Positions 12,785 to 25,392 of a stretch of DNA of 64,000 nucleotides are shown in pieces. Both the position numbers and the translations under genes were made by a program. The notes beneath the pieces are model-generated. The model was not told the DNA's origin, ran no database searches, and worked only from the letters and a program-made list of their open reading frames with translations. Source of the DNA: Felis catus (taxonomy: Eukaryota); assembly GCF_018350175.1 (NCBI RefSeq), contig NC_058368.1:209562001-209626000 (forward strand), in the 5' to 3' direction. Each line of letters starts with the position of its first letter. Within the stretch, counting starts at the first letter, position 1.

Positions 12785-12848
12785 GGTCTGTGAGACTAGC
12801 AATCCCCGCGAGAGTAGTGATGGGGACATGGGGCATATCCCCATTCAT
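12785..12848 (-). CDS. NIPBL: NIPBL exon 2, coding part (ATG at 12848; MNGDMPHVPITTLAGIASLTD)
   Basis: Translation matches the recalled NIPBL N-terminus; 64 coding nt; donor ACC|gtaagt at 12784. Confidence 0.98.
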
Positions 12849-12884
12849 CCTGAAGTTCTGGAATGGTGTTGCCTATAAAAGTAC

Positions 12885-12917
12885 TTAGTTCAGGTGCCAG
12901 CTGTCATTACTTCCCAT
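12885..12917 (-). promoter_or_regulatory. uORF1 in NIPBL 5' UTR (MGSNDSWHLN*)
   Basis: ATG at 12917 in context gaaATGG; TAA at 12887-12885. Confidence 0.65.
12890..12907 (-). promoter_or_regulatory. uORF2 in NIPBL 5' UTR (MTAGT*)
   Basis: ATG at 12907; TGA at 12892-12890; nested in uORF1 in a different frame. Confidence 0.6.
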
Positions 12918-13059
12918 TTCCCAAACACTGCAACAGAAAACAGACAATTATTTGTAAAAATATGTCAAATATAATACTATTAGGGAAATGCCTATAAAAA
13001 ATAAGATTTTCTGCTTTCCTTGTTTGTCAACCTATACAACAATAATACCTATCATTCAT

Positions 13060-13270
13060 TTATACTTACCATACATCAGGCACTGCAAAGTGCTTTGCAT
13101 ATATTAACTAATTTAGTTCTCACAACAACAATGTAAGGTAGGTACTATTATTTTCTATACTTTACTGATGAGGAAATTTATTTACAGGGAGTTTAAAGTA
13201 ACTTGTGGAGGAAAGATTAGAACCCAAGCAATCTGGCTCAAGAGTCTGTGTAACCAGTAGACTGTATTAC
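13060..13270 (-). mobile_element. MIR
   Basis: caggcactg...tctcacaacaac...aggtaggtactattatt...ttttactgatgaggaaa MIR core. Confidence 0.75.
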
Positions 13271-16200
13271 TAACGTGGGATACTCAATTTTGACAAGTAC
13301 TGTAATTCTTTTCTATATCATAAGCACATTAAAATCTAGCTGGTAACTTGCCCTTCTAATTAAGTTTCTCACTACTCTTCTACATAAACCATCCTCTTCA
13401 AACAAGCTGATCAGATTATCTTGAATTCACCTTGTGTTTTTGCATTTTTATTTATTTCCTTCTATATCTCTCTACCTAGGTAGCCCATCTGTGCTTTAAT
13501 CCAAAACCTGTAATTCCTCAAGATCTAGGACAAGTTCCCACTACCTCATGAAACCTCAGACAAATTCAGCTAAAAGCTTTACCTTAATCTGACTTTCACT
13601 TATAACACTTATAGCCTAACATACTTTTGTAAATAATTATACATTCCTTTGTAACATTTTTTGGAAACTTGCCTTGTTTCATCCTTATAGAATTACTTTA
13701 TGTTAATGTACTTACCTTGCTTTCCCAATTATCACTACATGCTTCTTAATACCAACCAATCACTAATTAACGCACAACCCATAAAGGACAGAGAAATACG
13801 TTAACATTTTAACATTCCTCTACAATGACTTTGTTGACTCAGTTTTTATGATGCAATTCTGTGTCTGTGTGTACAGACATTCGGTTAAATTCCTGATATG
13901 TTTCCTAATTCTGTTCAGTGTCCCCCAATTTTTCTCATTTTATCTTGTGGCTCTTGGAATCTTTATCTTTAATAGCGTACTTGTGTAAGAACCTTTTTCT
14001 GCAGTACATAATACATTTTAATAATATGCACATTAGTCAAAGATATGCCTTTATTAAATAACTTCATAAACTCTTCAGTAAATAGAAGTCTACTCCATAT
14101 CAACTAAGACACAGTGCTAAAATAGAAACTTGAATTGTAATTTTCACTTTAAATGTCTTTTTTTTTGAAACATTGTATTTGCTTGTCAGTCACTGTTAAG
14201 AGAACCTCTAAGTTTTTTGAGTTGTAAACTTCAAAACAGTGAAATGATATAACACTAATAACTCCTCTCTCTCTCTCTCTCTCTCTCTCTCATGTATCTT
14301 AATGTATCTTTCCAAGTGTTTTTTTAAAAGTAGAAGTATACAGGCAGTTAAAATTACAAATTTTCTCTTTCCACAAACACAATTATAGATATATGTTGCC
14401 AGAAATTCATAAAACATATATGTATGGTTTAACAGAGTTATAAAGCAAGCATCCAAAGAACCACCATCTAGAAAGTTAGCACCCTAGTTCCTACCACAGG
14501 TAACAACTACCTTGTCTTTCGGGTGATTTTGTTCCCCTTTATAAGTAACAACTGTCTTGTCTTTTTGGTAATTATTTTTCCCCCCTTACAGTTATGTCCT
14601 TTATATGTACATTCTTTTCTAGTAGCCAGCCAAGGAAAAAACACTTCCCTTTGCTGAATGACTGACATAAAATTTGCTAGTAGAATCCACTGAAAGGATA
14701 TAGCACAAGAAATAGTATAGGAAAGACTACTGGCTATCTTACATTTGTTCTCTTGCTACAATATGGACTTTACTCTTTGAAGTTACTAATTTGATTCTTT
14801 AACAACACTAAAGAAATTTAAGGAAATACTGCAAATTTAGCATCAAGTTACTACGAAGTTGTATCAAGTAGTAAAAAAAGAAAACAAAAATTGAAACCTG
14901 ACAGAAGTCACCAAAACATGAAACATGACAGATTTTTTTTTTCTAAGTTTGGGCTAATAAAAAAGTTAGTTTATGCTTAATAATTAATGGGAAAAAATAA
15001 TTGCATGCAAATTATGTATAAAACAGCACAAAAATATCTTGTTATTCTTATACAACTCATCGTTGTAAATGTAAATTGCCATACTCCAACAGATTAAGTA
15101 ACAAGTGTCCATATTATTTAGTTCAGAGGACAGGAACCAATAAAGAATAAGCTAGAGAGTTATATCGTGGGCTAACCAACTTTATTCTGTTTGCCTAAAT
15201 CCCATGTAACATGTAAAAGTAGACCCAATTCCAGCTGGAGTTTTTTAGTCTAAAAATGATTTAACTAGTTGTCACATATGAATTAGGAGATTAATAAACC
15301 TAACCACAAGATTGTGCTTTTCTTCTTAGTGACATAATAAGGCATGTTAATACTCTGATGTCAACTGAAAACTGGGAGTAAGTGGGGAAAGAAAAGAGAG
15401 CAACAATGCTTGTTTGGTTTAAAGTGCTTTAGTGTACAGACTGAGTACGTGACTACTGACAAATATTATTTATACCTCACTGCTGAACTATGCTGGTTTC
15501 ATTGGAAGCCAAGCTTTTGAAGAACAGCAAAGACTTTGTTAGAAATGGACTTAAATTTTAGCTAAAGTCACAGATGTTGATGAATATGAGTAATTTGCGG
15601 AAATAATGCTGCCTATGCTGGAAAGTGACCAGAGTCCATCAAGAAAGAGCATTCCTAAAATTCTAAAAATCAATATGCAGAACTCTAACTAATTAACATG
15701 GCATTTCTGGCTCTGGATTGGGCAATGTTTGGTCTACCTGGCTCTGTGAAAGTATACTATCTTTCAGGAAACTGCTGAAACTGAAGCTGAAAGTCATTAT
15801 CTCTGGGGAACAATGTGTTTGGAATGAAATGGTAACCAAATGGGAAAGATTATAATGAGTGTTTAAAACTGTCACTGAAGGCAGTATTTTACTCAATTAA
15901 AATCTGTGAATGGTGACCAATTAGTAGATTATAAAATAGAATTAGTGGGTTGAGAGGGATGGAAGGAATAGAAACACAAGTTTACATTGCATACTGCTTT
16001 GTGACTCCAGGTAAAACGTCTGTGGGTCACTAAAGCAAAGCAGTTTCAAAAGTGCTGACTAAAAGAAATGGAAGAGTGGACAAAGAAGCCCACCTCCTAA
16101 GTGGTGATGAGAATGCAAAAAATAATGCAACTTGACGTACTACCTGGCATATAATAAGTGACCCAAAAAGTTAGCAGTGTTAGTGCTAACTGGAAAAAAA

Positions 16201-16467
16201 AATTTTGGGGGGGGAGAACAGAGGAGAAACACAGATGAATTAGGGAAAAGGGGTCTTTTCAATAATATACATAATCTTTACTTCCAAAAGATATATAGTA
16301 AGTTATTATTTGAAATTCCAGTATATATTTCACCATAGTATCACATATATGTTTACTAGTCCTAGGCAGGCCCACCTATAATTACTTAAATGGTAAGGCA
16401 GCCAAAACAAATACTGGCAAAGAAAAGTAGGGGAAAAACTTAACTGTTGTAATACTAAGAACTAAAT

Positions 16468-16469
<2 letters not shown>

Positions 16470-16506
<37 letters not shown>
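16470..16506. repeat. (CA)n microsatellite
   Basis: About 18 perfect CA units. Confidence 0.95.
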
Positions 16507-16510
<4 letters not shown>

Positions 16511-16634
16511 TGCATTTATGGCTTATTTTAGAACGGCCTGGTTTAATTACAATAATTCTTAATTACTGGAAGATACTACAGCAAATTCTCATTTCAATCC
16601 ATTATAATGAATCTGACGTGAAAATCTTGACAAG

Positions 16635-16665
16635 ATTTTAGTGTATATGCTGCCGAAGCAAGCAC
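16635..16665 (-). pseudogene. 3'-truncated U6 snRNA retrocopy (U6 nt 1-31)
   Basis: Reverse complement GTGCTTGCTTCGGCAGCATATACACTAAAAT vs U6 GTGCTCGCTTCGGCAGCACATATACTAAAAT (3 mismatches). Direct repeats tcttgacaagattt at 16625-16638 and 16666-16679. Confidence 0.92.
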
Positions 16666-16685
16666 TCTTGACAAGATTTAAAACT

Positions 16686-17087
16686 TGTTTTTTTAATGTT
16701 TATTTATTTTTGAGAAAGAGAGAGAGACAGAGCACGAAGCAAGGGAGGGACAGGGAGAGGAAGACACAGAATCTGAAGCAGGTTCCAGGCTCTGAGCTGT
16801 CAGCACAGAGCCTGACACAGGGCTCGAACCCATGAACCATGAGATCATGACCTAAGCTGAAGTCAGAAGCCACCCAGACACCGCGACGAGATTTTTAAAA
16901 AATGTTTATTTATTTTGAGAGAGTGTAAGCTGGAGAGGGACAGAGAAAGATAGGGAGAGGAGAATCTCAAGCAAGCTCCGTGCTTATCACAGAGCCGGAC
17001 ACAGGGCTTCATCTCACAACCATGAGATCACGACTTGAGCCAAAATCAAGGGTCAGACACTTAACCAACTGAGCTACCCAGGTGTCC
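16686..17087 (-). mobile_element. Two tandem CanSINEs (~16686-16884 and ~16895-17087)
   Basis: Two full SINE bodies separated and flanked by copies of (ctt)gac(a/g)agattt. Confidence 0.9.
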
Positions 17088-17369
17088 CTTGACAAGATTT
17101 TTTAAAGGCTCTGGTTCTTTGTTCACTTAATTTAATTTCACTTTAAAATTTATGGTTTCTTCACACAAACAAAAGAAATGCAAATAAAACATTATTGGTA
17201 GAAGTTATAATAACTCAAATTGGGATGTATTTGGAATAAAAGTTCCTCTCATAAACTGATGGTAGATGAATTTTCCTGGGCAGCCAGTGTGTACGCTATA
17301 GCCAAGAAATGTGTACAATCTTGTCTCAATAACTTCAATTTTTTAGTAGTAAAAAACTGTTAGAAATGA

Positions 17370-17722
17370 CATTTACTGAGCACCTAGTACCCAATAAAAA
17401 ATACTTTAAGTGTACTCTTTTTTTTTTTTTTAAGTTTATTTATTTTGAGAGAGAGAGAGAGAGAGGAGAGCCTCACTCCCACCCAGAGCCTGATGCAGGG
17501 CTCCATCTCACAAACCACAAGATCATGACCTGAGCTGAAATCAAAAGTGAGACGCGTAACTGACTGTGCCACCCAGGCATCTGTTACAGGTACTCTTATT
17601 TAATCCTTATATGACACTGAAGTACTCATATTACAGTTTTATTTAATGAGGAAAGTGATATACACAGAGGATACATAATTTGCCTAAGGTCATACAGGAG
17701 AAATCAAACTCAGGCTGTCTGG
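17370..17722 (-). mobile_element. MIR interrupted by a CanSINE (~17417-17581)
   Basis: atttactgagcacct...aatgaggaaagtga...ttgcctaaggtcatacag; SINE with gtactctt on both sides. Confidence 0.75.
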
Positions 17723-18563
17723 TACATGGACATTTTACATAACAACTAAAATGTACAGCAATATTATTAGTTTAACATGACTGATATACAATTGACATTA
17801 CATCCACAAAAGATTACAACAATTAAAAATCATGTTGTACAGTCAATACAGATGTGAGGAAAGAAACAGTCACAGTATCTAGCCCAGGAATAAAGAGAAC
17901 ACCTGCCTGGGTCTGAATCCAAGCTCTCCCTACCTTTTGATAGTATTTATTAGTCCTTCATTATGATGCACCCAAAAATGTTTATTTTGTAACACGGTGT
18001 CAAACACCATGCTAGGCAAACAAAGTTCAGTGGTTAACAAGATGGAAACAGTCTCTACCCCTCAAAATTTGAGTTTGGCCACAGGCATGCTGTAAAGGGG
18101 AAATCATCTAGGGAGAGGACACAGAAAGAATCACTGAATTAAAATCTGAACCAATTTTACTTTGAGTACTCCATATTTTAATCCTTCCACAATCTGCATC
18201 AAATTTATTTAAAAACAAAGGCAAAGTTCTTAAAATTCATGAAAAGATATTCAAGATATATTGCTAACTGAAAATAATGCCAATGTGTACGCAGTTCAAG
18301 TCTATTTTTATTTAAAACACATTTTTATACAAATGACAGTCTAGGCATGAAAAACATTCTTTAAGAATATATTTTAATTTAAACCATTAACAATGGTTAG
18401 GGGGTCGGATGTATGTATTCTGGGATTTGGGGGGAATTCCCATTTTTGTAGTATTTATATCTATATTACTTGAGCACTTCTTAAAACTACTAGAACATTA
18501 CTTTTTGATTTAGAAAAACAATGATATAAACATGTACAAAAATGGAAAATACTAAAATGAATC

Positions 18564-18750
18564 TTTTAAAAAAATGTTTATTTATTTATTTGAGGAGGGG
18601 GGCAGAGAGCAGGAGAGAGAATCCTAAGTCGGCCCCGTGTGTTGTCAGCACAGAGACCAGTGTGGGGCTCGAACCCACAAACCATGAGATCATGACCTGA
18701 GCCGAAATCAAGAGTTGGACACTTAACCAGCTGAGCCACCCAGGTGCTCC
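18564..18750 (-). mobile_element. CanSINE
   Basis: Antisense SINE body; aaatgaat on both flanks. Confidence 0.88.
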
Positions 18751-19369
18751 AAAATGAATTTTCTAATAGTTGCTGCTATATGTATACATAAATACATATT
18801 TAAATAATTTAAATATTTAAATAATTACCTATGAAACCTATGTTATGAATCTATGGTATGAAAGTGCTGTGGTAGGTGCTAAGACTAACAGAATATGCAG
18901 GATGCATTCACAGACACTTTCGCCAGAGCACAAGGCTAGAAAGGTGAATTGGACCCTGCAAAGGAGTTTGTATGAAGTGGTGACCTTTTTTATTTTTCAT
19001 ATCCTTGTTGTAAGCGAAAAAGTTTTCAGTAAGATTAATGTAAACAATAAGGAAGATGGAGTGGCAGAAAGAGAATGGAGGCAGAAAGTTGTTGAATACT
19101 GCAATGACATGTAACATGACATGTTCTGATTTCGAATGTACTCAGAGATTCAAGTGCCAACGTAACATCCAGTTGGAGATAATCTAAAGTTGGAAATTCC
19201 AGAACTGACAAAAGCAGTTGGAATTACAGCTATAGATATGAAAATGATCCAGAGGGTTGGTAACAGTTAAATTATAATAATAGGAAATAGGCAAGACAAG
19301 GTAACATTGTGGGGGAAGGTTTTTTTTTTTTTTTTTTTTTTTGCTGTTTGTTTTTTTAACACTTCTTAT

Positions 19370-19520
19370 GTGTGAGACGTTAACATATACCTTTCCTTAA
19401 CTGTTACCAAAGTCAGAGGGTTGTGAAGATTATTTCACAGTTGCAAAACCGAAGGCTCAGAGCCTAAATGCTTTACATAGCACACAGCAAAGCTGGGATT
19501 TGAACTCAGATGTTTCTAAC
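19370..19520 (-). mobile_element. MIR fragment
   Basis: aaaaccgaaggctcagag...cacacagcaaagctgggatttgaactcag. Confidence 0.6.
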
Positions 19521-20529
19521 CAAATCTTATATTCTAATGTATATCCGAAGGACATAAAACCAGGAAACATCTACATTGCCATGGCAGAAAGGGAAACCAA
19601 TAAACGGTAAGGAAATTGAAGCTAAATGTGTGTTCAAGGTCTCATAGTTAGTAACTAACCGAATCAAGTATAGAATACATTGGATTTATAGCTCAGTATT
19701 CTTTATACTTATGTTGTCATCTTGCATAATTATAACATTATTTTGAATGAATTAAGATTTCCTACATGTGGAATATTTAGCTAATTAATACCGTTCTTCT
19801 TTGGTAATAATATATTATTTTTGGGTGGGGAGACAAAGGGGGCTTAAAACTAGTATATTTTTATTATCTCAGTTTATATTACATTTAATAGTATAAGTTG
19901 CCTCAAATTCTTTTGGGAAACAAATGGAATAAAAATCCTAAACAAACAGGTAAGGAAGTGAATAAATACACGTACGTTGCACTACTTACTAATTTAAGCA
20001 GGTAACAGTGGCCCCCTTAAGAGTGGTGCCCCTCAAAGAGAATCCTTCCACTTTAGTCAAGCTCCCTTCAGATCCCTTCAAACTGCCTAAAATGTATCCA
20101 AGAACAAGAGTTTCACATTCTATTTAAGATACTTCCAAAAGATGTTCCTTAAATCCTAGCTCAAAAACAGTTCCCAATCAGCCACACTGTGAAAATTTTC
20201 ACTTCATTAAAACATTTGTTTTTCTATAGTTCTAAGTTCTTTCTATTAAATAACAGAAATGCAAAATAAAAGCAAAAAAAAAAAAAAAAAAAGGCAAAGC
20301 TCTAATGCTCTCCTTGTACATATGCTTTGCTTCTGGAAGCCTGAGCTCTCTGCAGCCACCATGCTGGAAACCAATAAATGTGTGTTATTCTTGTGTGTGT
20401 TCCAATAGTGCAGCCATATCATAATATATATAATATACAATAGAAGAATAGTTACATTATTGAGTACGATTATAAAGAGAAAAGTCACAAATCAGGTTGA
20501 AATGTATAGTGTCTCATTTTATTTTATTT

Positions 20530-20747
20530 TTTAAAATCTTTTGGGGGGGGTATTTATTTTTGAAGGAGAGAGAGAGACAGAGCATGAGTAGGGGAGGAAC
20601 AGAGAGAGAGGGAGACACAGAATCCGAAGCAGGCTCCAGGCTCTGAGCTGTCAGCACAGAGCGACGTGGGGCTCGAACTCACAAACTGTGAGATCATGAC
20701 CTGAGCCAAAGCCGGACGCTCAACCGACTGAGCCACCCAGGTGCCCC
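20530..20747 (-). mobile_element. CanSINE
   Basis: Full antisense body; tgtctcatttta on both flanks. Confidence 0.9.
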
Positions 20748-20974
20748 TGATGTCTCATTTTAAAGAGTATGTATACATTCATTCAGAAGTAAAACGATTA
20801 GTAAAACTATATATTTCGATAATCAGTTTTCTTCATTGTTCGTATCAATTTGTTTCACGTGCATTTTTATATAAACCAACTTTAACAAAAGCTTGTATTA
20901 CTTTAAAAGGTCTCAGCTGATTATTAAACTGACTTACAGAGGCCTGGTGAGTACTTATACAATGTCTAATCTTC

Positions 20975-21190
20975 TTTAATTTTTTAAAAATATTTGTTTT
21001 TGAGAGAGAGAGACAGAGTGTGAGTGGGGGAAGGGAGGAGAGAGGAGAGAGGAAGACACAGAATCCGACGCAGGCCCCAGGCTCTGAGCTGACAGCACAG
21101 AGTCTGACATGGAGCTTGAACGCACCAACCACAAGATCATGACATGAGCTAAAGTCGGACACTTAACTGACTGAACCACCTAGGTGCCCC
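20975..21190 (-). mobile_element. CanSINE
   Basis: TSD tacaatgtctaatctt on both sides. Confidence 0.92.
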
Positions 21191-21744
21191 TACAATGTCT
21201 AATCTTAACAAATATGCAAAAATACAAGCTGCATTAGGAAAAAACTTTCCTGAGTCCTGGAATTAATATTTAATTTTTCTTTCTTCTTCTTTCTTTCTTT
21301 TTTTTTTTTAATAGGCCATGGAGGAAATTTCCAAGTGCTACTATAAATTATTTGGGTTACTAGTCCCATTCCCACACCAAAAATTTCATTTCTCACTTCC
21401 TGTCCACTGCAGAAGAAACAGCCTATCTTAAGCCCCTCATTGAGGTTGAAAATGTACCTTACACCATGAGACTACTTAGTATACTATACAAAGGTATTAG
21501 AAATTAAAAAAAAAAAAATCACACTGGAGATTTTTTCTTTCTAAATGAGGTTTAGGTCTTAAAGAACTATAACATTCAGATGTAGGTCTCAACTTCTGAC
21601 CATAGATATCTGACAATACATGATTAATTAAATATGAAATATAAAAGAAAGTGCTTTTATGTGAAATTACTGAAGGATCCACAAGAGGGCATACTTTCAA
21701 CTACCATAAAAATGTAAAATTCCCTGTTTCTTTCTGTTTTTTTT

Positions 21745-22322
21745 TTTTTTTAAGAAATATAGATTACTTATTTAATTTTAATTCCAGTATGGTTAACATA
21801 CAGTGTTATATTAGTTTACAATATAATTATTCCATAATTCTATACATTACTCAGTACTCATCAAGAGTATTCACCTATCCCCTACCCACCTTCCTTTGGT
21901 AACCATCAGTTTGTTCTCCACAGTTGAGTCTGCTTCTTGTTTTCTTTGTTCATTTGTTTTGTTTCTTAAATTCCATATGAGTGAAATCATATGGTATTTG
22001 TCTTTTTCTGACTTACTTCGATTAGCATTATACTCTCTAGATCCATTCATGTTGTTGCAAATGGCAAGATTTCATTCTTTTTTTTTAAGATTTCATTTTT
22101 CTTATGGTTAATATTTCATTGTGTGTGTATGTACACACACACACCTACACACACACACACCACTTCTTCTTTATCCATTTATCTGTCAATGGGCACTTGG
22201 GCTGCTTCCATAATTTGGCTACTATAAATAATGCTGCAATAAACATAAGGGTGTATATCTTTTTGCATTAGTGTTTTCATATTTTTTGGATCAATACCCA
22301 GTAGTGGAATTACTGGGTCACA
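21745..22322 (-). mobile_element. Carnivore L1 3' end (sense to NIPBL)
   Basis: ttccatatgagtgaaatcatatggtatttgtctttttctgac...cccagtagtggaattactgggtca. Confidence 0.88.
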
Positions 22323-22829
22323 TACTAATTTTATTTTTATAAAATTCACATTTTTTTTTTTTTTACTAAGTCCACCAAAGGTTAGCCAGGTTCTTCTGAA
22401 TTGATTATTTGGTACCATTAGAAAGCAAAAGATTCTGAAGTTTGCAATTTTTTTTGTTTAAACATACACACTTTTTTTTTTGATGACTATAAAATATAAG
22501 AAAGGCCTAGATACATCAAGACTTTTACATTAACATTAAATTATAAAAGTATGTAATAGTTGTATTAGTCATTTTGTTTCTGTTAGCTATTTGAATTTGG
22601 CTGCCCTAAAAATCTTTTCAAGAAATTTTGGCTACCTTAATTTTTGATCCTCATTAAGTGATACAGTCCCTTGGAACAATGAATTCTTCAAGACAACTTA
22701 GAACAAATGGATTATGTTTTATACTTTAGGAAATTTTTCCAATTCAATAGATCATTTACTTAGAATATCTAAGACTAATTAAGAAAGAGCAGAGGAAGAT
22801 ATGCAAAAAAAAATCATAATCACTTACAC

Positions 22830-23550
22830 ATAATCTGCATTACTGATCCCTTTTCTGCCCTAACCCATTCAAAGATATCATTCCAGCAACTCTCTTGTCT
22901 TCATCATCAATTTTCTCTCTTATTGGATCATTCCAATCAGCATGTAAACATCTATATACTGGTAAGTTCCCCTACTCCCATAAAAACAAAACAAAACCCC
23001 TTATCTGGAACTCCTAGGAACCTTATCTTGACCCTTCTAACAACTGCTTAATTTTTCTGCTCACACAAAATTCCTTTGGTTGTCTACATTCATCTCTAAT
23101 TTTCCTGCATTCTCTTGAAATGACACTATATGTGTTTTTATTCTCATCATTCCACCAGGTGTCTTGCCATGATTAGTAACAGTATCTATACTGCTAAATA
23201 AATACAATGGACAGCCTCAGGTCTCATGTGATTTGACCTAGCATTCAACACAGTTTGAACAATTCTTTTGTTTTTCCAACATATACTCCTGGTTTTTCTT
23301 CATACTGCATTGGCCACCCATGAATCCTGTTTTGGTTTCTTCTCATCTTCCTGTCCTCCCATATTTTAATCTCATTCAATCTCATGACTTTAAAATAGCA
23401 CCTGTAGGGGCACTTGTGTGGCTCAGTCGTTTGGGCACCTGACTTCGGCTCAGATCATGATCTTGTGGTTCATAGGTTTGAGCCCCACATCAGGTGCTAT
23501 ACTGACAGCCCGGAGTCTGCCACCTGCTTCGGATTCCATTCTGGTCTCTG

Positions 23551-23588
<38 letters not shown>

Positions 23589-23800
23589 TCCCCCTCCCCT
23601 GCTTGCACTCTGCTCTCTGCTGTCAGTGCAGAGCCCACTTTGGATCTACCGTCCCCCTCCCTCTCTCAAAAATAAATTTAAAAAGAAAATAGCACCTGTA
23701 TGCTGATGACTCCCAAATTTGTATCGCCTACTTTGACTTCTCCCCTGTATACTAGACTCATATACCCAATTGCCTAGTCAACACCTCTGCTCTGATACCC
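22830..23800. mobile_element. L2 remnant interrupted by a CanSINE (+, 23407-23685)
   Basis: tatgctgatgactcccaaatttgtatc (YADD RT motif of L2). SINE TSD aaaatagcacctgta at 23392-23406 and 23686-23700. Confidence 0.8.
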
Positions 23801-24463
23801 AGTAAGTACAGGTCTAGAACAGAGCTTAGCAATCTTGATTCTGACTTTTAAGAGTCTGAATTATATCCTTTAGATAATTCCTTTATTAGGTATGTGTTTG
23901 CAAATATGTTATCCCAGTTGTTTGCTGGTCTTTTCATCCTGTTAATATTATCTTTTGAAACTTTGATGATGTCCAATATATCAATTTGCTCTTTCATGGG
24001 GGTGATCATGGGTAGATGGTAGTGGCATTCGACTACAAAGGTGCATGTAGAAATTTTCTGGTGTGATGGAAATGTTCTGTCTACATCATGAAGGGATACT
24101 GTTTACATGAATATCTCCATTTGTCGAAATTATAAAGTTAAGATTTCGGTTTTTTGGTATATATAAATATTACCAAATTCCAAAAAACTGTAAAGGTAAT
24201 AACGATAAATGAGCAGTGGTTGAAGAATGGGCAGAAGTACAGATGAAATTAAAATTTCAACAACATGTTGATTAAGCTGGGTGAGGGGTACTGGGCATTC
24301 ATTATACTCTTTTGTTTACCTAGCATATATTTAAAGTTTTCCATAATTAACAGCTTTTTTTTTTTAAGGGAACTTTTTTTGTTAGGTGAAAAATATAGTC
24401 TCATAGGAGGTCAGCATTAATTAAAGCCTCCTTTTTTTCCGGATCTATTGCTGCTAAGCAATG

Positions 24464-24830
24464 TGCTATAGGCTAAATGTTTGCGTCCTCTGCCCCCAAA
24501 TTCTTATGTTGAAACTTACTTCCCATTGGAAGGTATCTGGAGGTGGGGCCTCTGAGAGGTGATTAGGTCATGAGGGTGGAGTCCTCATGAATGGGATTAA
24601 TGCCTTCATAAAAGAGACTCCAAAGGGCTCCCTTGCCCATTCTGCCATATACAGACACAGCAAGAAGACAGCCAGTTTATGAACCATGAAGTGAGTTCTC
24701 ACAGACACCAATCTGCCAGCACCTAGATCCTGGAATTCCCAGCTTCCAACACAGTGAAAAATAAATTTCTGTTGTTTATAAGCCACCAGTCTATGGTATT
24801 CTGTTGTTACTGCTCGAATGGCCAAAGACA
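24464..24830 (+). mobile_element. MaLR solo LTR (MLT1A-like)
   Basis: TG...CA ends; ggtggggcctctgagaggtgattaggtcatgagggtggag; aataaatttctgttgtttataagccacc. Confidence 0.88.
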
Positions 24831-25392
24831 TGGTATGTCCTTCAGGATCTATTTCTACAATTGATTTTAAAAACCCATTAAAGAATTCAAGAGACCCAAA
24901 CATAGCCATTAAATAATATAACTAATGAATGCAGAAAAACATATTGGGATAGCTTTTCAGGAAAGATAAACTTTTTAAAAGTCAATTTAAATCATTAACA
25001 GCTTCTTACTGAGGAGTTTTCTTTCAAAATTATTTTAAATAGTTCGCTTTACAGGGAAAGGAGTTCTAAATAGAGAAGTGATTTCTCATTCATGTTATCT
25101 ATAGTAACCTTTTGATGATTTCCACCAGATCCCTCTACTATTTTATAGGATATAAATATATAAATTGAGGATGTATATTTTTCTAAATTTATAAGCTCAT
25201 GTTCAATGAACTAATCATAAAATACAGATTTCACACCATTAAATGCCATATTCTTCTTGTATATAAAATGAAAACAAAATAGCTCTTTAAATTCTGTCAC
25301 TATCAATCCTTCACTAGGAGAAATGAATTTTTAAATTTTATATGAGATTTCTAATTTATTTAATAATCACAGTTACACAAAAGTAAACTTTC

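Larger units (their letters stand above)
12849..12927 (-). other. NIPBL: NIPBL exon 2, 5' UTR part (79 nt)
   Basis: Acceptor ttttctgttgcag| ends at 12928. The length agrees with the recalled human exon 2 start at c.-79. Confidence 0.9.

Noticed and set aside
16635..16665. Functional U6 snRNA gene
   Set aside because: Only the first ~31 nt are present, the ACAGAGA box and 3' stem are missing, and it is flanked by TSDs.
20005..20035. CTCF-like motif (aagggggccac on the minus strand)
   Set aside because: Only a partial match, lacking the CCAC/CCAG 5' half of the core.
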